Shown here: piece by piece, positions 11,601 to 25,300 of the stretch | How the letters are laid out: the number at the start of each line of letters is the position of its first letter | How positions within the stretch are numbered: the first letter of the stretch is position 1 | From: Camelus ferus | Taxonomy: Eukaryota | NCBI RefSeq assembly: GCF_009834535.1 | Contig: NC_045697.1 | Span: 120,902,001 to 120,966,000 of the forward strand | Direction: 5' to 3' | Length of the DNA stretch: 64,000 nucleotides | Program-made: the position numbers and the translations under genes | The notes under the pieces: generated by a model | The model's input: the letters and a program-made list of their open reading frames with translations, nothing else | Databases searched by the model: none | What the model was told of the DNA's origin: nothing

Positions 11601-14600
11601 ACTAGCGGAAAACACGCGGATTGCTGTTTGGAGATCCCAGGTGCTCCAGACAGAGGACAGATAATCCCCACACTCAGAAATCCGGAAAAGTCCGAGTGGG
11701 TGGGGGAGGTTTGGGGCCGCTCTCCACGCAGCTGCCTGGTGTCACAGGTGTTCCCTGGCAGGGGGAATTCCGCTAATTACCTCCCCAATCCAGGCGGAGG
11801 CACTACATGCTACCTGCTTTTCCAGCACAAAACCCGCCTTTCTCCGGCAGTCCGTAAAAAGAGACACTCGGGGAAGACACACGGAGTGCTCCTAGGAGAT
11901 CCCAGGCACTGCAGAGAGAAGACCGAACCTCTCCACACTGAGAAGTCCGGAACTTGGCCGAGTTTGTGGGGGAGGTTTGGGGCCACCCTCCATGAAGCTA
12001 CCTGGTGTCAGAGGTGTTCCCTTTCAGGTTGAACTCCGCTAATTGCCTTCCCTGTCCAGGGGGAGGCCCTAGATGCTACCTGCTTTTCCAGCCCAAAACC
12101 CGCATTTCCCCGGCAGCTCGCACAAGGAGACACTCGGGGAAGACACGCGGAGGGCTCCTAGGAAATCCCAGGGGCTGCAGACTGAGGACTGAACCTCCCC
12201 ACACTCCGAATTCTGGAAGAAGCCCAAGTGGTTGGGGGAGGTTTGGGGCCGCCCTCCACGAACCTGCCTAGTGTCACAGGTGTTCCCTGGCAGGGGGAAG
12301 TCCGCTAAAAACCTCCCCTGCCTAGGGGGAGGCACTACATGCTACCTGTATTTCCAGCCCAATCCCCATATTTCCCTGGCAACCCGCACAAAGAGACACT
12401 CGGGAAAGTCACGCGGAGTGTTCCTAGGAGATCCCACGCGCTGCAGAGAGAAGACCGATCCTCCCCACACTCAGATGTCCGGAACGCGGCGGAGTTTGTG
12501 CGGGAGGTTTGGGTCCTCCATCCACGAAGCTACCTGGTGTCACAGGTGTTACCTGGCAGAGGGAAGTCCGCTAATTACATTCACAGTCCAGGGGGAGACA
12601 CTAAATTCTACCTGCGTTTCCAGGCCAACCCCCGCCTTTCCCCGGTAGCCTGCACAAGGAGACACTCGGGAAGACACACGGAGGGCTCCTATGAGATCCC
12701 AGGCGCTGCAGAAAGAAGACCGAACCTACCCACAATCAGAATTCCGGAACGCGGCCGAGTTGGTGTGGGAGGTTTGGTGCCGCCCTCCGCGCAACTGTCT
12801 GGTGTCACAGGTGTTCCCTGGCTGGGGGAAGTCCTCTAACTACCTCCCCTGTCCAGGGGGAGGCACTAGATGCTACCTGCATTTCCAGCCCAACCCCCTC
12901 ATTTCCCCGGCATCCCACACTAGGAGACACTAGGGGAAGACACGCGGATTGCTCTTAGGAGATCCCAGGTGCTGCAGACAGAGGACAGATAATCCCCACA
13001 CTCAGAAATCCGGAACATGTCCGAGTGGTTGGGGGAGGTTTTGGGCTGCTCTCCACGCAGCTGCCTGGTGTCACATGTGTTCCCTGGCAGTTGGAATTCC
13101 GCTAAATTCCTCCCCTGTCCAGGGGAAGTCACTAGATGCTACCTGCATTTCCAGCCCAACCCCTGCATTTTCCCGGCACCCCATAAAAGGATACACTGGG
13201 GAAGACACGCGGAGTGCTCCTAGGAGATCCCAGGCGCTGCAGACCGAGGACGGAACCTCCCAACACTCAGAATTCCGGAACGCAGCCGATTGGGTGGGAA
13301 ATGTTTGGGCCCGGCGTCCACGCAGCTGCCTGGTCTCACAGTTGTTCCCTGGCAGGGGGAATTTCGCTAATTACCTCCCCTGACCAGGCGGAGGCACTAC
13401 ATGCTACCTGTTTTCCAGCACAAAACCAGCCTTTCTCCGGCAGTCCGTAAAAGGAGACACTCAGGGAAGACACGCGGAGTGCTCCTAGGAGATCCCAGGC
13501 ACTGCAGAGAGAAGACCGAACCTTTCCACACTGAGAAGTCCGGAACTTGGCCGAGTATGTGGGGGAGGTTTGGGGCCGCCCTCCATGAAGCTACCTGGTG
13601 TCACAGGTGTTCCCTTTCAGGGGGAACTCCGCTAATTTCCTTCCCTGTCCAGGGGGAGGCCCTAGATTCTACCTGCTTTTCCAGCGCAAAACCCGCCATT
13701 CCCGGGCAGCTCGCACAAGGAGACACTCGGGGAACACACTCGGAGGGCTCCTAGGAGATCCCAGGCGCTGCAGACAGAGGACTGTACCTCCCCACACTCA
13801 GAATTCTGGAACACGCCCAAGTGGTGGGGGAGGTTTGGGGACCCCCCACGAACCTGCCTAGTGTCACAGGTGTTCCTTGGCAGGGGGAAGTCCGCTAAAA
13901 AACCTCCCCTCTCTAGGGGGAGGCACTACATGCTACCTGTATTTCCAGCCCATTCCCCACATTTCCCTGGCAGCCCGCACAAGGAGACACTCGGGGAAGA
14001 CACGCGGAGGGCTCCTAGGAGATCCAACGCACTGCAGAGGAAAGACCGAACCTCCCCACACTCACATGTCCAGAACGCGGCGTAGTTTGTGCAGGAGGTT
14101 TGGGTCCTCCATCCACGAAGCTACCTGGTGTCACAGGTGTTCCATGGCAGAGGGAAGTCCGCTAAATACATCCAATGTCAAGGGGGAGACACTAGATTCT
14201 ACCTGCGTTTCCTGTCCAACCCCCGCCTTTCCCTGGCAGCCCGCACAAGGAGACACTCGGGAAAGACACGCGGAGGGCTCCTAGGAAATCCCAGGCGCTG
14301 CAGACAGAGGTCGGAACATCCCCACAATCAGAATTCTGGAATCCGGCCGTTGGGTCGGGGAGATTTGGGGCCGCCCTCCACGAACCTGCCTACTGTCACA
14401 GGTGTTCTCTGTCAGGGGTAAGTCCGCTATTTACCTCCCCTCTCAAGGTGGATGCACTAGATGCTACCTGCATTTCCAGCATAACCCCAGCCTTTCCCCG
14501 GCAGCCCGCACAAGGATACACTCGGGGAAGGCACGCGGAAGGCTCCTAGGAGATCCCAGGCGCTGAAGACAGAGTTCGAAACATCCCCACAGTCAGAATT

Positions 14601-17262
14601 CTGGAATGCGGCCGTTGGGTCGGGGAAGTCTGGGGCAGCCATCAATGCAGCTGTCTGGTGTCACATGTTTTAACTGGCATGAGGAATTCCACTAATACCT
14701 CTCCTGTCTAGGGTGAGGCACTAGATGCTACCTGCATTTCCATCCCATTCCCCACATTTCCCCTGCAGAGCGCACTAGGAGAAACTCGGGGAATAGACAC
14801 GGAGGGCTCCTAGGTGTTCCCAGGCTCTGCAGACAGAGGACGGAACCTCCCCACACTCAGAATTACAGAACACGACTTGTGGGTGGGGGGAGTTTTGGGG
14901 CCGCCCTCCACGAACCTGCCTAGTGTCACAGGTGTTCCCTGGCAGGGGGAAGTCCGCTAATTACCTCCACTGTCCTGGGGGAGGCACTAGATTCTACCTG
15001 CCTTTCCAGCCCAATCCCCGCCTTTCCCCGGCAGCCCGCACAAGGAGACACTCGGGGGAGACACGCAGAGGGTTCCCAGGATGTCCCAAGCGCTGCAGAC
15101 CGAGGACGGAACCTCCCAACACTCAGAATTCCGGAACGCGGCCGAGTTTGTGGGAAAGGTTTGGGCCAGCCCTCCACGCAGCTGCCTGGGGTCACAGGTG
15201 TTCCCTGGCAGGGGGAATTCCGCTAATTACCTCCCCTGTCCAGGGGGAGGAACTACATGCTACCTGCTTTTCCAGCACAAACCCCGCCTTTCCCCGGCAT
15301 CCCGCATTAGGAGACACTCGGGTAAGACATGCGGAGTTTTCCTAGGAGATCCCACGCGCTGCAGAGGGAAGACCGAACCTCCCCACACTCAGATGTCCGG
15401 AATGCGGCGGAGTTTGTGCGGGAGGTTTGGGTCCTCCATCCACGAAGCTACCTGGTGTCACAGGTGTTCCCTGGCAGAGGGAAGTCCGCTATTTACATCC
15501 ACGGTCCAGGGGGAGACACTAGATTCTACCTGGGTTTCCAGTCCAACCCCCTCCTTTAACAGGTATCCCGCACAAGGAGACACTCGGGAAGACACGCGGA
15601 GGGCTCCTATGAGATCCCAGGCGCTGCAGAAAGAAGACCGAACCTACCCACACTCAGAATTCCGGAACGCGGCCGAGTTGGTGGGGGAGGTTTGATGCCG
15701 ACCTCCGCGCAACTGTCTGGTGTCACATGTGTTCCCTGGCTGGGGGAAGTCCTCTAACTACCTCCCCTGTCCAGGAGGAGGCACTAGATGCTACCTGCAT
15801 TTCCAGCCCACCCCCTCATTTCCCCGGCATCCTGCACTAGGAGACACTAGCGGAAGACACGCGGATTGCTGTTTGGAGATCCCAGGTGCTCCAGACAGAG
15901 GACAGATAATCCCCACACTCAGAAATCCGGAAAAGTCCGAGTGGGTGGGGGAGGTTTGGGGCCGCTCTCCACGCAGCTGCCTGGTGTCACAGGTGTTCCC
16001 TGGCAGGGGGAATTCCGCTAATTACCTCCCCAATCCAGGCGGAGGCACTACATGCTACCTGCTTTTCCAGCACAAAACCCGCCTTTCTCCGGCAGTCCGT
16101 AAAAAGAGACACTCGGGGAAGACACACGGAGTGCTCCTAGGAGATCCCAGGCACTGCAGAGAGAAGACCGAACCTCTCCACACTGAGAAGTCCGGAACTT
16201 GGCCGAGTTTGTGGGGGAGGTTTGGGGCCACCCTCCATGAAGCTACCTGGTGTCAGAGGTGTTCCCTTTCAGGTTGAACTCCGCTAATTGCCTTCCCTGC
16301 CCAGGGGGAGGCCCTAGATGCTACCTGCTTTTCCAGCCCAAAACCCGCATTTCCCCGGCAGCTCGCACAAGGAGACACTCGGGGAAGACACGCGGAGGGC
16401 TCCTAGGAAATCCCAGGGGCTGCAGACAGAGGACTGAACCTCCCCACACTCCGAATTCTGGAAGAAGCCCAAGTGGTTGGGGGAGGTTTGGGGCCGCCCT
16501 CCACGAACCTGCCTAGTGTCACAGGTGTTCCCTGGCAGGGGGAAGTCCGCTAAAAACCTCCCCTGCCTAGGGGGAGGCACTACATGCTACCTGTATTTCC
16601 AGCCCAATCCCCATATTTCCCTGGCAACCCGCACAAAGAGACACTCGGGAAAGTCACGCGGAGTGTTCCTAGGAGATCCCACGCGCTGCAGAGAGAAGAC
16701 CGATCCTCCCCACACTCAGATGTCCGGAACGCGGCGGAGTTTGTGCGGGAGGTTTGGGTCCTCCATCCACGAAGCTACCTGGTGTCACAGGTGTTACCTG
16801 GCAGAGGGAAGTCCGCTAATTACATTCACAGTCCAGGGGGAGACACTAAATTCTACCTGCGTTTCCAGGCCAACCCCCGCCTTTCCCCGGTAGCCTGCAC
16901 AAGGAGACACTCGGGAAGACACACGGAGGGCTCCTATGAGATCCCAGGCGCTGCAGAAAGAAGACCGAACCTACCCACAATCAGAATTCCGGAACACGGC
17001 CGAGTTGGTGTGGGAGGTTTGGTGCCGCCCTCCGCGCAACTGTCTGGTGTCACAGGTGTTCCCTGGCTGGGGGAAGTCCTCTAACTACCTCCCCTGTCCA
17101 GGGGGAGGCACTAGATGCTACCTGCATTTCCAGCCCAACCCCCTCATTTCCCCGGCATCCCACACTAGGAGACACTAGGGGAAGACACGCGGATTGCTCT
17201 TAGGAGATCCCAGGTGCTGCAGACAGAGGACAGATAATCCCCACACTCAGAAATCCGGAACA
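8676..17262 (+). repeat. 16-monomer higher-order repeat, ~4244 bp unit, 2 near-identical tandem copies
   Basis: Matching ORF pairs: 8706/12949, 9158/13401, 9844/14089, 10836/15081, 11475/15720, 12232/16477, 12691/16936. Offsets are 4243-4245 bp = 16 x ~265.3. Identity breaks before ~8676 and after ~17262. Confidence 0.92.
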
Positions 17263-20200
17263 AGTCCGAGTGGGTGAGGTAGGTTTGGGGCCGCCCTCAA
17301 CGAACCTGCCTACTGTCACAGGTGTTCTCTGGCAGGGTTAAGTCCGCTAATTACCTCCCTTGTCAAGGTGGAGGCACTAGATTCTACCTGCTTTTCCTGT
17401 GCAATCCCAAACTTTCCCCGGCAGCCCACAGTAGAGGGAATCGGGTAAGACATGCGGAGTGTTCCTAGGAGATCTCAGGTGCTACAGACAGAGGACGGAA
17501 CCTCCCCACACTCAGAATTACGGAACACGGCCGAGTGGGTGGGGGAGGTTTGGGGCCGCCCTCCACGCAGCTGCCTACTGTCACAGGTGTTCTCTGGCAG
17601 GGTTAAGTTCGCTAATTACCTCCCCTATCCAGGGGAATGCCCTAGATGCTACTTGCATTTGCAGCCCAACCCCCGCCTTTCCCTGGCAGCCCGCACAAGG
17701 AGACACTCAGGGAATACACGCGGAAGGCTACTAGGAGATCCCAGGCGCTGAAGACAGAGGTCGGAACATCCCCACTTTCAGAATTCTGGAATGCGTCCGA
17801 TGGGTCGGGGAGGTCTGGGGCAGCCATCAATGCAGCTGCCTGGTGTCACATGATTTCCCAGGCATGAGGAATTCCTCTAATACCTCTCCTGTCTAGGGTG
17901 AGGCACTAGATGCTTCCTGCATTTCCAGCCCAATCCCAGCATTTCCCCTGCAGAGCGCACTAGGAGAAACTCGCGGAATAATCGCGGAGGGCTCCTAGGA
18001 GTTCCCACTCTCTGCAGACGGAGGACGGAACCTCCCCACACTCTGAAATACGGAACACGACTTGTGGGTGTGGGGAATTTTGGGGCCGCCCTCCACGTAC
18101 CTGCCTAGTGTCACAGGTGTTCCCTGGCAGGGGGAAGTCCGCTAATTACCTCCACTGTCCAGGGGGAGGCACTAGATTCTACCTGCCTTTCCAGCCCAAT
18201 CCCCGCATTTCCCCGGCAGCCCGCACAAGGAGACACTCGGGGGAGACACGCAGAGGGTTCCCAGGATGTCCCAATCGCTTCAGACCGAGGACGGAACCTC
18301 CCAACACTCAGAATTCCGGAACGCGGCCGAGTTTGTGGGAAAGGTTTGGGCCAGCCCTCCACGCAGCTGCCTGGGGTCACAGGTGTTCCCTGGCAGGGGG
18401 AATTCCGCTAATTACCTCCCCTGTCCAGGGGGAGGAACTACATGCTACCTGCTTTTCCAGCACAAACCCCGCCTTTCCCCGGCATCCCGCATTAGGAGAC
18501 ACTCGGGTAAGACATGCGGAGTTTTCCTAGGAGATCCCACGCGCTGCAGAGGGAAGACCGAACCTCCCCACACTCAGATGTCCGGAATGCGGCGGAGTTT
18601 GTGCGGGAGGTTTGGGTCCTCCATCCACGAAGCTACCTGGTGTCACAGGTGTTCCCTGGCAGAGGGAAGTCCGCTATTTACATCCACGGTCCAGGGGGAG
18701 ACACTAGATTCTACCTGGGTTTCCAGTCCAACCCCCTCCTTTAACAGGTATCCCGCACAAGGAGACACTCGGGAAGACACGCGGAGGGCTCCTATGAGAT
18801 CCCAGGCGCTGCAGAAAGAAGACCGAACCTACCCACACTCAGAATTCCGGAACGCGGCCGAGTTGGTGGGGGAGGTTTGATGCCGACCTCCGCGCAACTG
18901 TCTGGTGTCACATGTGTTCCCTGGCTGGGGGAAGTCCTCTAACTACCTCCCCTGTCCAGGAGGAGGCACTAGATGCTACCTGCATTTCCAGCCCACCCCC
19001 TCATTTCCCCGGCATCCTGCACTAGGAGACACTAGCGGAAGACACGCGGATTGCTGTTTGGAGATCCCAGGTGCTCCAGACAGAGGACAGATAATCCCCA
19101 CACTCAGAAATCCGGAAAAGTCCGAGTGGGTGGGGGAGGTTTGGGGCCGCTCTCCACGCAGCTGCCTGGTGTCACAGGTGTTCCCTGGCAGGGGGAATTC
19201 CGCTAATTACCTCCCCAATCCAGGCGGAGGCACTACATGCTACCTGCTTTTCCAGCACAAAACCCGCCTTTCTCCGGCAGTCCGTAAAAAGAGACACTCG
19301 GGGAAGACACACGGAGTGCTCCTAGGAGATCCCAGGCACTGCAGAGAGAAGACCGAACCTCTCCACACTGAGAAGTCCGGAACTTGGCCGAGTTTGTGGG
19401 GGAGGTTTGGGGCCACCCTCCATGAAGCTACCTGGTGTCAGAGGTGTTCCCTTTCAGGTTGAACTCCACTAATTGCCTTCCCTGTCCAGGGGGAGGCCCT
19501 AGATGCTACCTGCTTTTCCAGCCCAAAACCCGCATTTCCCCGGCAGCTCGCACAAGGAGACACTCGGGGAAGACACGCGGAGGGCTCCTAGGATTTCCCA
19601 GGCGCTGCAGACAGAGGACTGAACCTCCCCACACTCCGAATTCTGGAAGAAGCCCAAGTGGTTGGGGGAGGTTTGGTGCCGCCCTCCACGAACCTGCCTA
19701 GTGTCACAGGTGTTCCCTGGCAGGGGGAAGTCCGCTAAAAACCTCCCCTGCCTAGGGGGAGGCACTACATGCTACCTGTATTTCCAGCCCAATCCCCATA
19801 TTTCCCTGGCAACCCGCACAAAGAGACACTCGGGAAAGTCACGCGGAGTGTTCCTAGGAGATCCCACGCGCTGCAGAGAGAAGACCGATCCTCCCCACAC
19901 TCAGATGTCCGGAACGCGGCGGAGTTTGTGCGGGAGGTTTGGGTCCTCCATCCACGAAGCTACCTGGTGTCACAGGTGTTACCTGGCAGAGGGAAGTCCG
20001 CTAATTACATTCACAGTCCAGGGGGAGACACTAAATTCTACCTGCGTTTCCAGGCCAACCCCCGCCTTTCCCCGGTAGCCTGCACAAGGAGACACTCGGG
20101 AAGACACACGGAGGGCTCCTATGAGATCCCAGGCGCTGCAGAAAGAAGACCGAACCTACCCACAATCAGAATTCCGGAACGCGGCCGAGTTGGTGTGGGA

Positions 20201-22375
20201 GGTTTGGTGCCGCCCTCCGCGCAACTGTCTGGTGTCACAGGTGTTCCCTGGCTGGGGGAAGTCCTCTAACTACCTCCCCTGTCCAGGGGGAGGCACTAGA
20301 TGCTACCTGCATTTCCAGCCCAACCCCCTCATTTCCCCGGCATCCCACACTAGGAGACACTAGGGGAAGACACGCGGATTGCTCTTAGGAGATCCCAGGT
20401 GCTGCAGACAGAGGACAGATAATCCCCACACTCAGAAATCCGGAACAAGTCCGAGTTGGTGGGGGAGGTTTGGGGCCGCCCTCAACGAACCTGCCTACTG
20501 TCACAGGTGTTCTCTGGCAGGGTTAAGTCCGCTAATTACCTCCCCTGTCAAGGTGGAGGCACTAGATTCTACCTGCTTTTTCCTGTGCAATCCCAAACTT
20601 TCCCCGGCAGCCCACAGTAGAGGGAATCGGGTAAGACATGCGGAGTGTTCCTAGGAGATCTCAGGTGCTACAGACAGAGGACGGAACCTCCCCACACTCA
20701 GAATTACGGAACACGGCCGAGTGGGTGGGGGAGGTTTGGGGCCGCCCTCCACGCAGCTGCCTACTGTCACAGGTGTTCTCTGGCAGGGTTAAGTTCGCTA
20801 ATTACCTCCCCTATCCAGGGGAATGCCCTAGATGCTACTTGCATTTGCAGCCCAACCCCCGCCTTTCCCCGGCAGCCCGCACAAGGAGACACTCAGGGAA
20901 CACACGCGGAAGGCTACTAGGAGATCCCAGGCGCTGAAGACAGAGGTCGGAACATCCCCACTTTCAGAATTCTGGAATGCGTCCGATGGGTCGGTGAGGT
21001 CTGGGGCAGCCATCAATGCAGCTGCCTGGTGTCACATGTTTTCCCTGGCATGAGGAATTCCGCTAATACCTCTCCTGTCTAGGGTGAGGCACTAGATGCT
21101 ACCTGCATTTCCAGCCCAATCCCAGCATTTCCCCTGCAGAGCGCACTAGGAGAAACTCGCGGAATAAACGCGGAGGGCTCCTAGGAGTTCCCACTCTCTG
21201 CAGACGGAGGACGGAACCTCCCCACACTCTGAATTACGGAACACGACTTGTGGGTGTGGGGAATTTTGGGGCCGCCCTCCACGTACCTGCCTAGTGTCAC
21301 AGGTGTTCCCTGGCAGGGGGAAGTCCGCTAATTACCTCCACTGTCCAGGGGGAGGCACTAGATTCTACCTGCCTTTCCAGCCCAATCCCCGCCTTTCCCC
21401 GGCAGCCCGCACAAGGAGACACTCGGGGGAGACACGCAGAGGGTTCCCAGGATGTCCCAAGCGCTGCAGACAGAGGACGGAACCTCCCAACACTCAGAAT
21501 TCCGGAACGCGGCCGAGTTTGTGGGAAAGGTTTGGACCCGCCCTCCACGCAGCTGCCTGGGGTCACAGGTGTTCCCTGGCAGGGGGAATTCCGCTAATTA
21601 CCTCCCCTGTCCAGGGGGAGGAACTACATGCTACCTGCTTTTCCAGCACAAACCCCGCCTTTCCCCGGCATCCCGCATTAGGAGACACTCGGGTAAGACA
21701 TGCGGAGTGTTCCTAGGAGATCCCACGCACTGCAGAGGGAAGACCGAACCTCCCCACACTCAGATGTCCGGAATGCGGCGGAGTTTGTGCGGGAGGTTTG
21801 GGTCCTCCATCCAAGAAGCTACCTGGTGTCACAGGTGTTCCCTGGCAGAGGGAAGTCCGCTATTTACATCCACAGTCCAGGGGGAGACACTAGATTCTAC
21901 CTGCGTTTCCAGTCCAACCCCTTACTTTAACCGGTATCCCGCACAAGGAGACACTCGGGAAGACACGCGGAGGGCTCCTATGAGATCCCAGGCGCTGCAG
22001 AAAGGAGACCGAACCTACCCACACTCAGAATTCCGGAATGCGGCAGAGTTGGTGGGGAGGTTTGATGCCGCCCTCCGCGAAACTGTCTGGTGTCACATGT
22101 GTTCCCTGGCTGGGGTAAGTCCTCTAACTACCTCCCCTGTCCAGGGGGAGGCACTAGATGCTACCTGCATTTCCATCCCACCCCCTCATTTCCCCGGCAT
22201 CCCACACTAGGAGACACTAGGGGAAGACACGCGGATTGCTCTTCGGAGATCCCAAGTGCTCCAGACAGAGGACAGATAATCCCCACACTCAGAAATCCGG
22301 AAAAGTCCGAGTGGGTGGGGGAGGTTTGGGGCCGCTCTCCACCCAGCTGCCTGGTGTCACAGGTATTCCCTGGCA
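14915..22375 (+). repeat. 12-monomer higher-order repeat, ~3185 bp unit, ~2.3 tandem copies (third copy partial and more diverged)
   Basis: Matching ORFs: 14923/18108/21294, 15081/18266/21452, 15720/18905/22090, 16477/19662, 16936/20121, 17452/20638. Offsets are 3185-3186 bp = 12 monomers. Confidence 0.92.
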
Positions 22376-25300
22376 GTTGGAAGTCCGCTAATTTCCTCCC
22401 CTGTCCAGGGGAAGTCACTAGATGCTACCTGTATTTCCAGCCCAACCCCTGCATTTTCCCGGCACCCAGCAAAAGGATACACTGGGGAAAAAACGCGGAG
22501 GGCTCCTAGGAGTTCCCAGGTGCTGCAGACAGAGGACGGAACCTCCCAACACTCAGAATTCCGGAATGCATCCGATTGAGTGGGAAATGTTTGGGCCCGG
22601 CGTCCACGCAGCTGCCTGGCCTCACAGGTGTTCCCTGGCAGGGGGAATTCCGCTAATTACCTCCCCTGTCCAGGCGGAGGCACTACATGCTACCTGCTTT
22701 TTCAGCACAAAACCCGCATTTCTCCGGCAGTCCGTAAAAGGAGACACTCGGGGAAGACACGCGGAGGGCTCCTAGGAAATCCCAGGCGCTGCAGACAGAG
22801 GAATGAAACTCCCCACACTCCGAATTCTGGAAGAAGCCCAAGTGGTTGGGGGAGGTTTGGGGCCGCCCTCCACGAACCTGCCTAGTGTCACAGGTGTTCC
22901 CTGGCAGGGGGAAGTCCGCTAAAAACCTCCCCTGCCTAGGGGGAGGCACTACATGCTACCTGTATTTCCAGCCCAATCCCCATAATTCCCTGGAAGCCCG
23001 CACAAAGAGACACTCGGGAAAGTCACGCGGAGTGTTCCTAGGAGATCCCACGCGCTGCAGAGAGAAGACCGAACCTCCCCACACTCAGATGTCCGGAACG
23101 CGGCGGAGTTTGTGCGGGAGGTTTGGGTCCTCCATCCACGAAGCTACCTGGTGTCACAGGTGTTCCCTGGCTGGGGGAAGTCCTCTAACTACCTCCCCTG
23201 TCCAGGGGGAGGCACTAGATGCTACCTGCATTTCCAGCCCAACCCCCTCATTTCCCCGGCATCCCGCACTAGGAGACACTAGGGGAAGACACGCGGATTT
23301 CTCTTAGGAGATCCCAGGTGCTGCAGACAGAGGACAGATAATCCCCACATTCAGAAATCCGGAACAAGTCCGAGTGGGTGGGGGAGGTTTGGGGCCGCCC
23401 TCAACGAACCTGCCTACTGTCACAGGTGTTCTCTGGCAGGGTTAAGTCCGCTAATTACCTCCCCTGTCAAGGTGGAGGCACTAGATGCTACCTGCTTTTC
23501 CAGTGCAATCCCAAACTTTCCCCGGCAGCCCACAGTAGAGGGAATCGGGTAAGACATGCGGAGTGTTCCTAGGAGATCTCAGGTGCTACAGACAGAGGAC
23601 GGAACCTCCCCACACTCAGAATTACGGAACACGGACGAGTGGTTGGGGGAGGTTTGGGGCCGCCCTCCACGCAGCTGCCTACTGTCACAGGTGTTCTCTG
23701 GCAGGGTTAAGTACGCTAATTACCTCCCCTATCCAGGGGAATGCCCTAGATGCTACTTGCATTTGCAGCCCAACCCCCGCCTTTCCCCGGCAGCCCGCAC
23801 AAGGAGACACTCAGGGAATACACGCGGAAGGCTCCTAGGAGATCCCAGGCGCTGAAGACAGAGGTCGGAACATCCCCACTTTCAGAATTCTGAAATGCGT
23901 CCGTTGGGTCGGGGAGGTCTGAGGCAGCCATCAATGCAGCTTCCTGGTGTCACATGTTTTCCATGGCATGAGGAATTCCGCTAATACCTCTCCTGTCTAG
24001 GGTGAGGCACTAGATTCTACCTGCATTTCCAGCCCAATCCCACATTTCCCCAGCAGAGCGCACTAGGAGAAACTCGGGGAATAGACGCGGAGGCCTCCTA
24101 GGAGATCCCAGTCTCTGCAGACAGAGGACGGAACCTCCCCACACTCAGAATTACGGAACACGACTTGTGGGTGGGGGGAGTTTTGGGCCGACCTCCACGA
24201 ACCTGCCTAGGGTCACAGGTGTTCCCTGGCAGGGGGAAGTCCGCTAATTACCTCCACTGTCCAGGGGGAGGCACTAGATTCTACCTGCGTTTCCAGCCTA
24301 ACCCCCGCCTTTCCCCGGCAGCCCGCACAAGGAGACACTCTGGGGAGACACGCGGAGGGTTCCCAGGATGTCCCAATCGCTGCAGACAGAGGACGGAACC
24401 TCCCCACACTCAGAATTCTGGAACGCGGCCGAGTTTGTGGGAAAGGTTTGGGCCCGCCCTCCACGCAGCTGCCTGGTATCACAGGTGTTCCCTGGCAGGG
24501 GGAAGTCCGCTAATTACCTCCACTGTCCAGGGGGAGGCACTAGATTCTACATGCATTTCCAGCCCAACCCCCTCATTTCCCCGGCATCCCGCAATAGGAG
24601 ACACTAGGGGAAGACACGCGGATTGCTCTTAGGAGATCCCAGGTGCTGCAGACAGAGGACAGATAATCCCCACACTTAGAAATCCGGAACAAGTCCGAGT
24701 GGGTGGGGGAGGTTTGGGGCCGCTCTCCACGCAGCTGCCTGGTGTCACAGGTGTTCCCTGGCAGTGGGAATTTCGCTAATTTCCTTCCATGTCCAGGGGA
24801 AGTCACTAGATGCTACCTGCATTTCCAGCCCAACCCCTGCATTTTCCCGGCACCCCGCAAAAAGATACACTGGGGAAGACACCCGGAGTGCTCCTAGGAG
24901 ATCCCAGGCGCTGCAGACAGAGGACGGAACCTCCCAACACTCAGAATTCCGGAACGCAGCCGATTGTGTGGGAAATGTTTGGGCCCGGCGTCCACACAGC
25001 TGCCTGGACTCACAGGTGTTCCCTGGCAGGGGGAATTCCGCTAATTACCTCCCCTGTCCAGGCGGAGGCACTACATGCTACCTGCTTTTCCAGCACAAAA
25101 CCCGCCTTTCTTCGGCAGTCCGTAAAAGGAGATACTCGGGGAAGACACGCGGAGTACTCCTTGGAGATCCCAGGCAATGCAGAGAGAAGACCGAACCTCT
25201 CCACACTGAGAAGCTCGGATCTTGGCCGAGTTTGTGGGGGATGTTTGGGGCCAACCTCCATGAAGCTACCTGGTGTCACAGGTGTTCCCTTTCAGGGGGA

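Noticed and set aside
9360..13910. 1-bp differences between HOR copies in homopolymer runs (e.g. gggg/ggggg at ~9377 versus ~13620; aaaaa/aaaaaa at ~9653 versus ~13897)
   Set aside because: They cannot be distinguished from long-read homopolymer errors, so they were not used as biological evidence.
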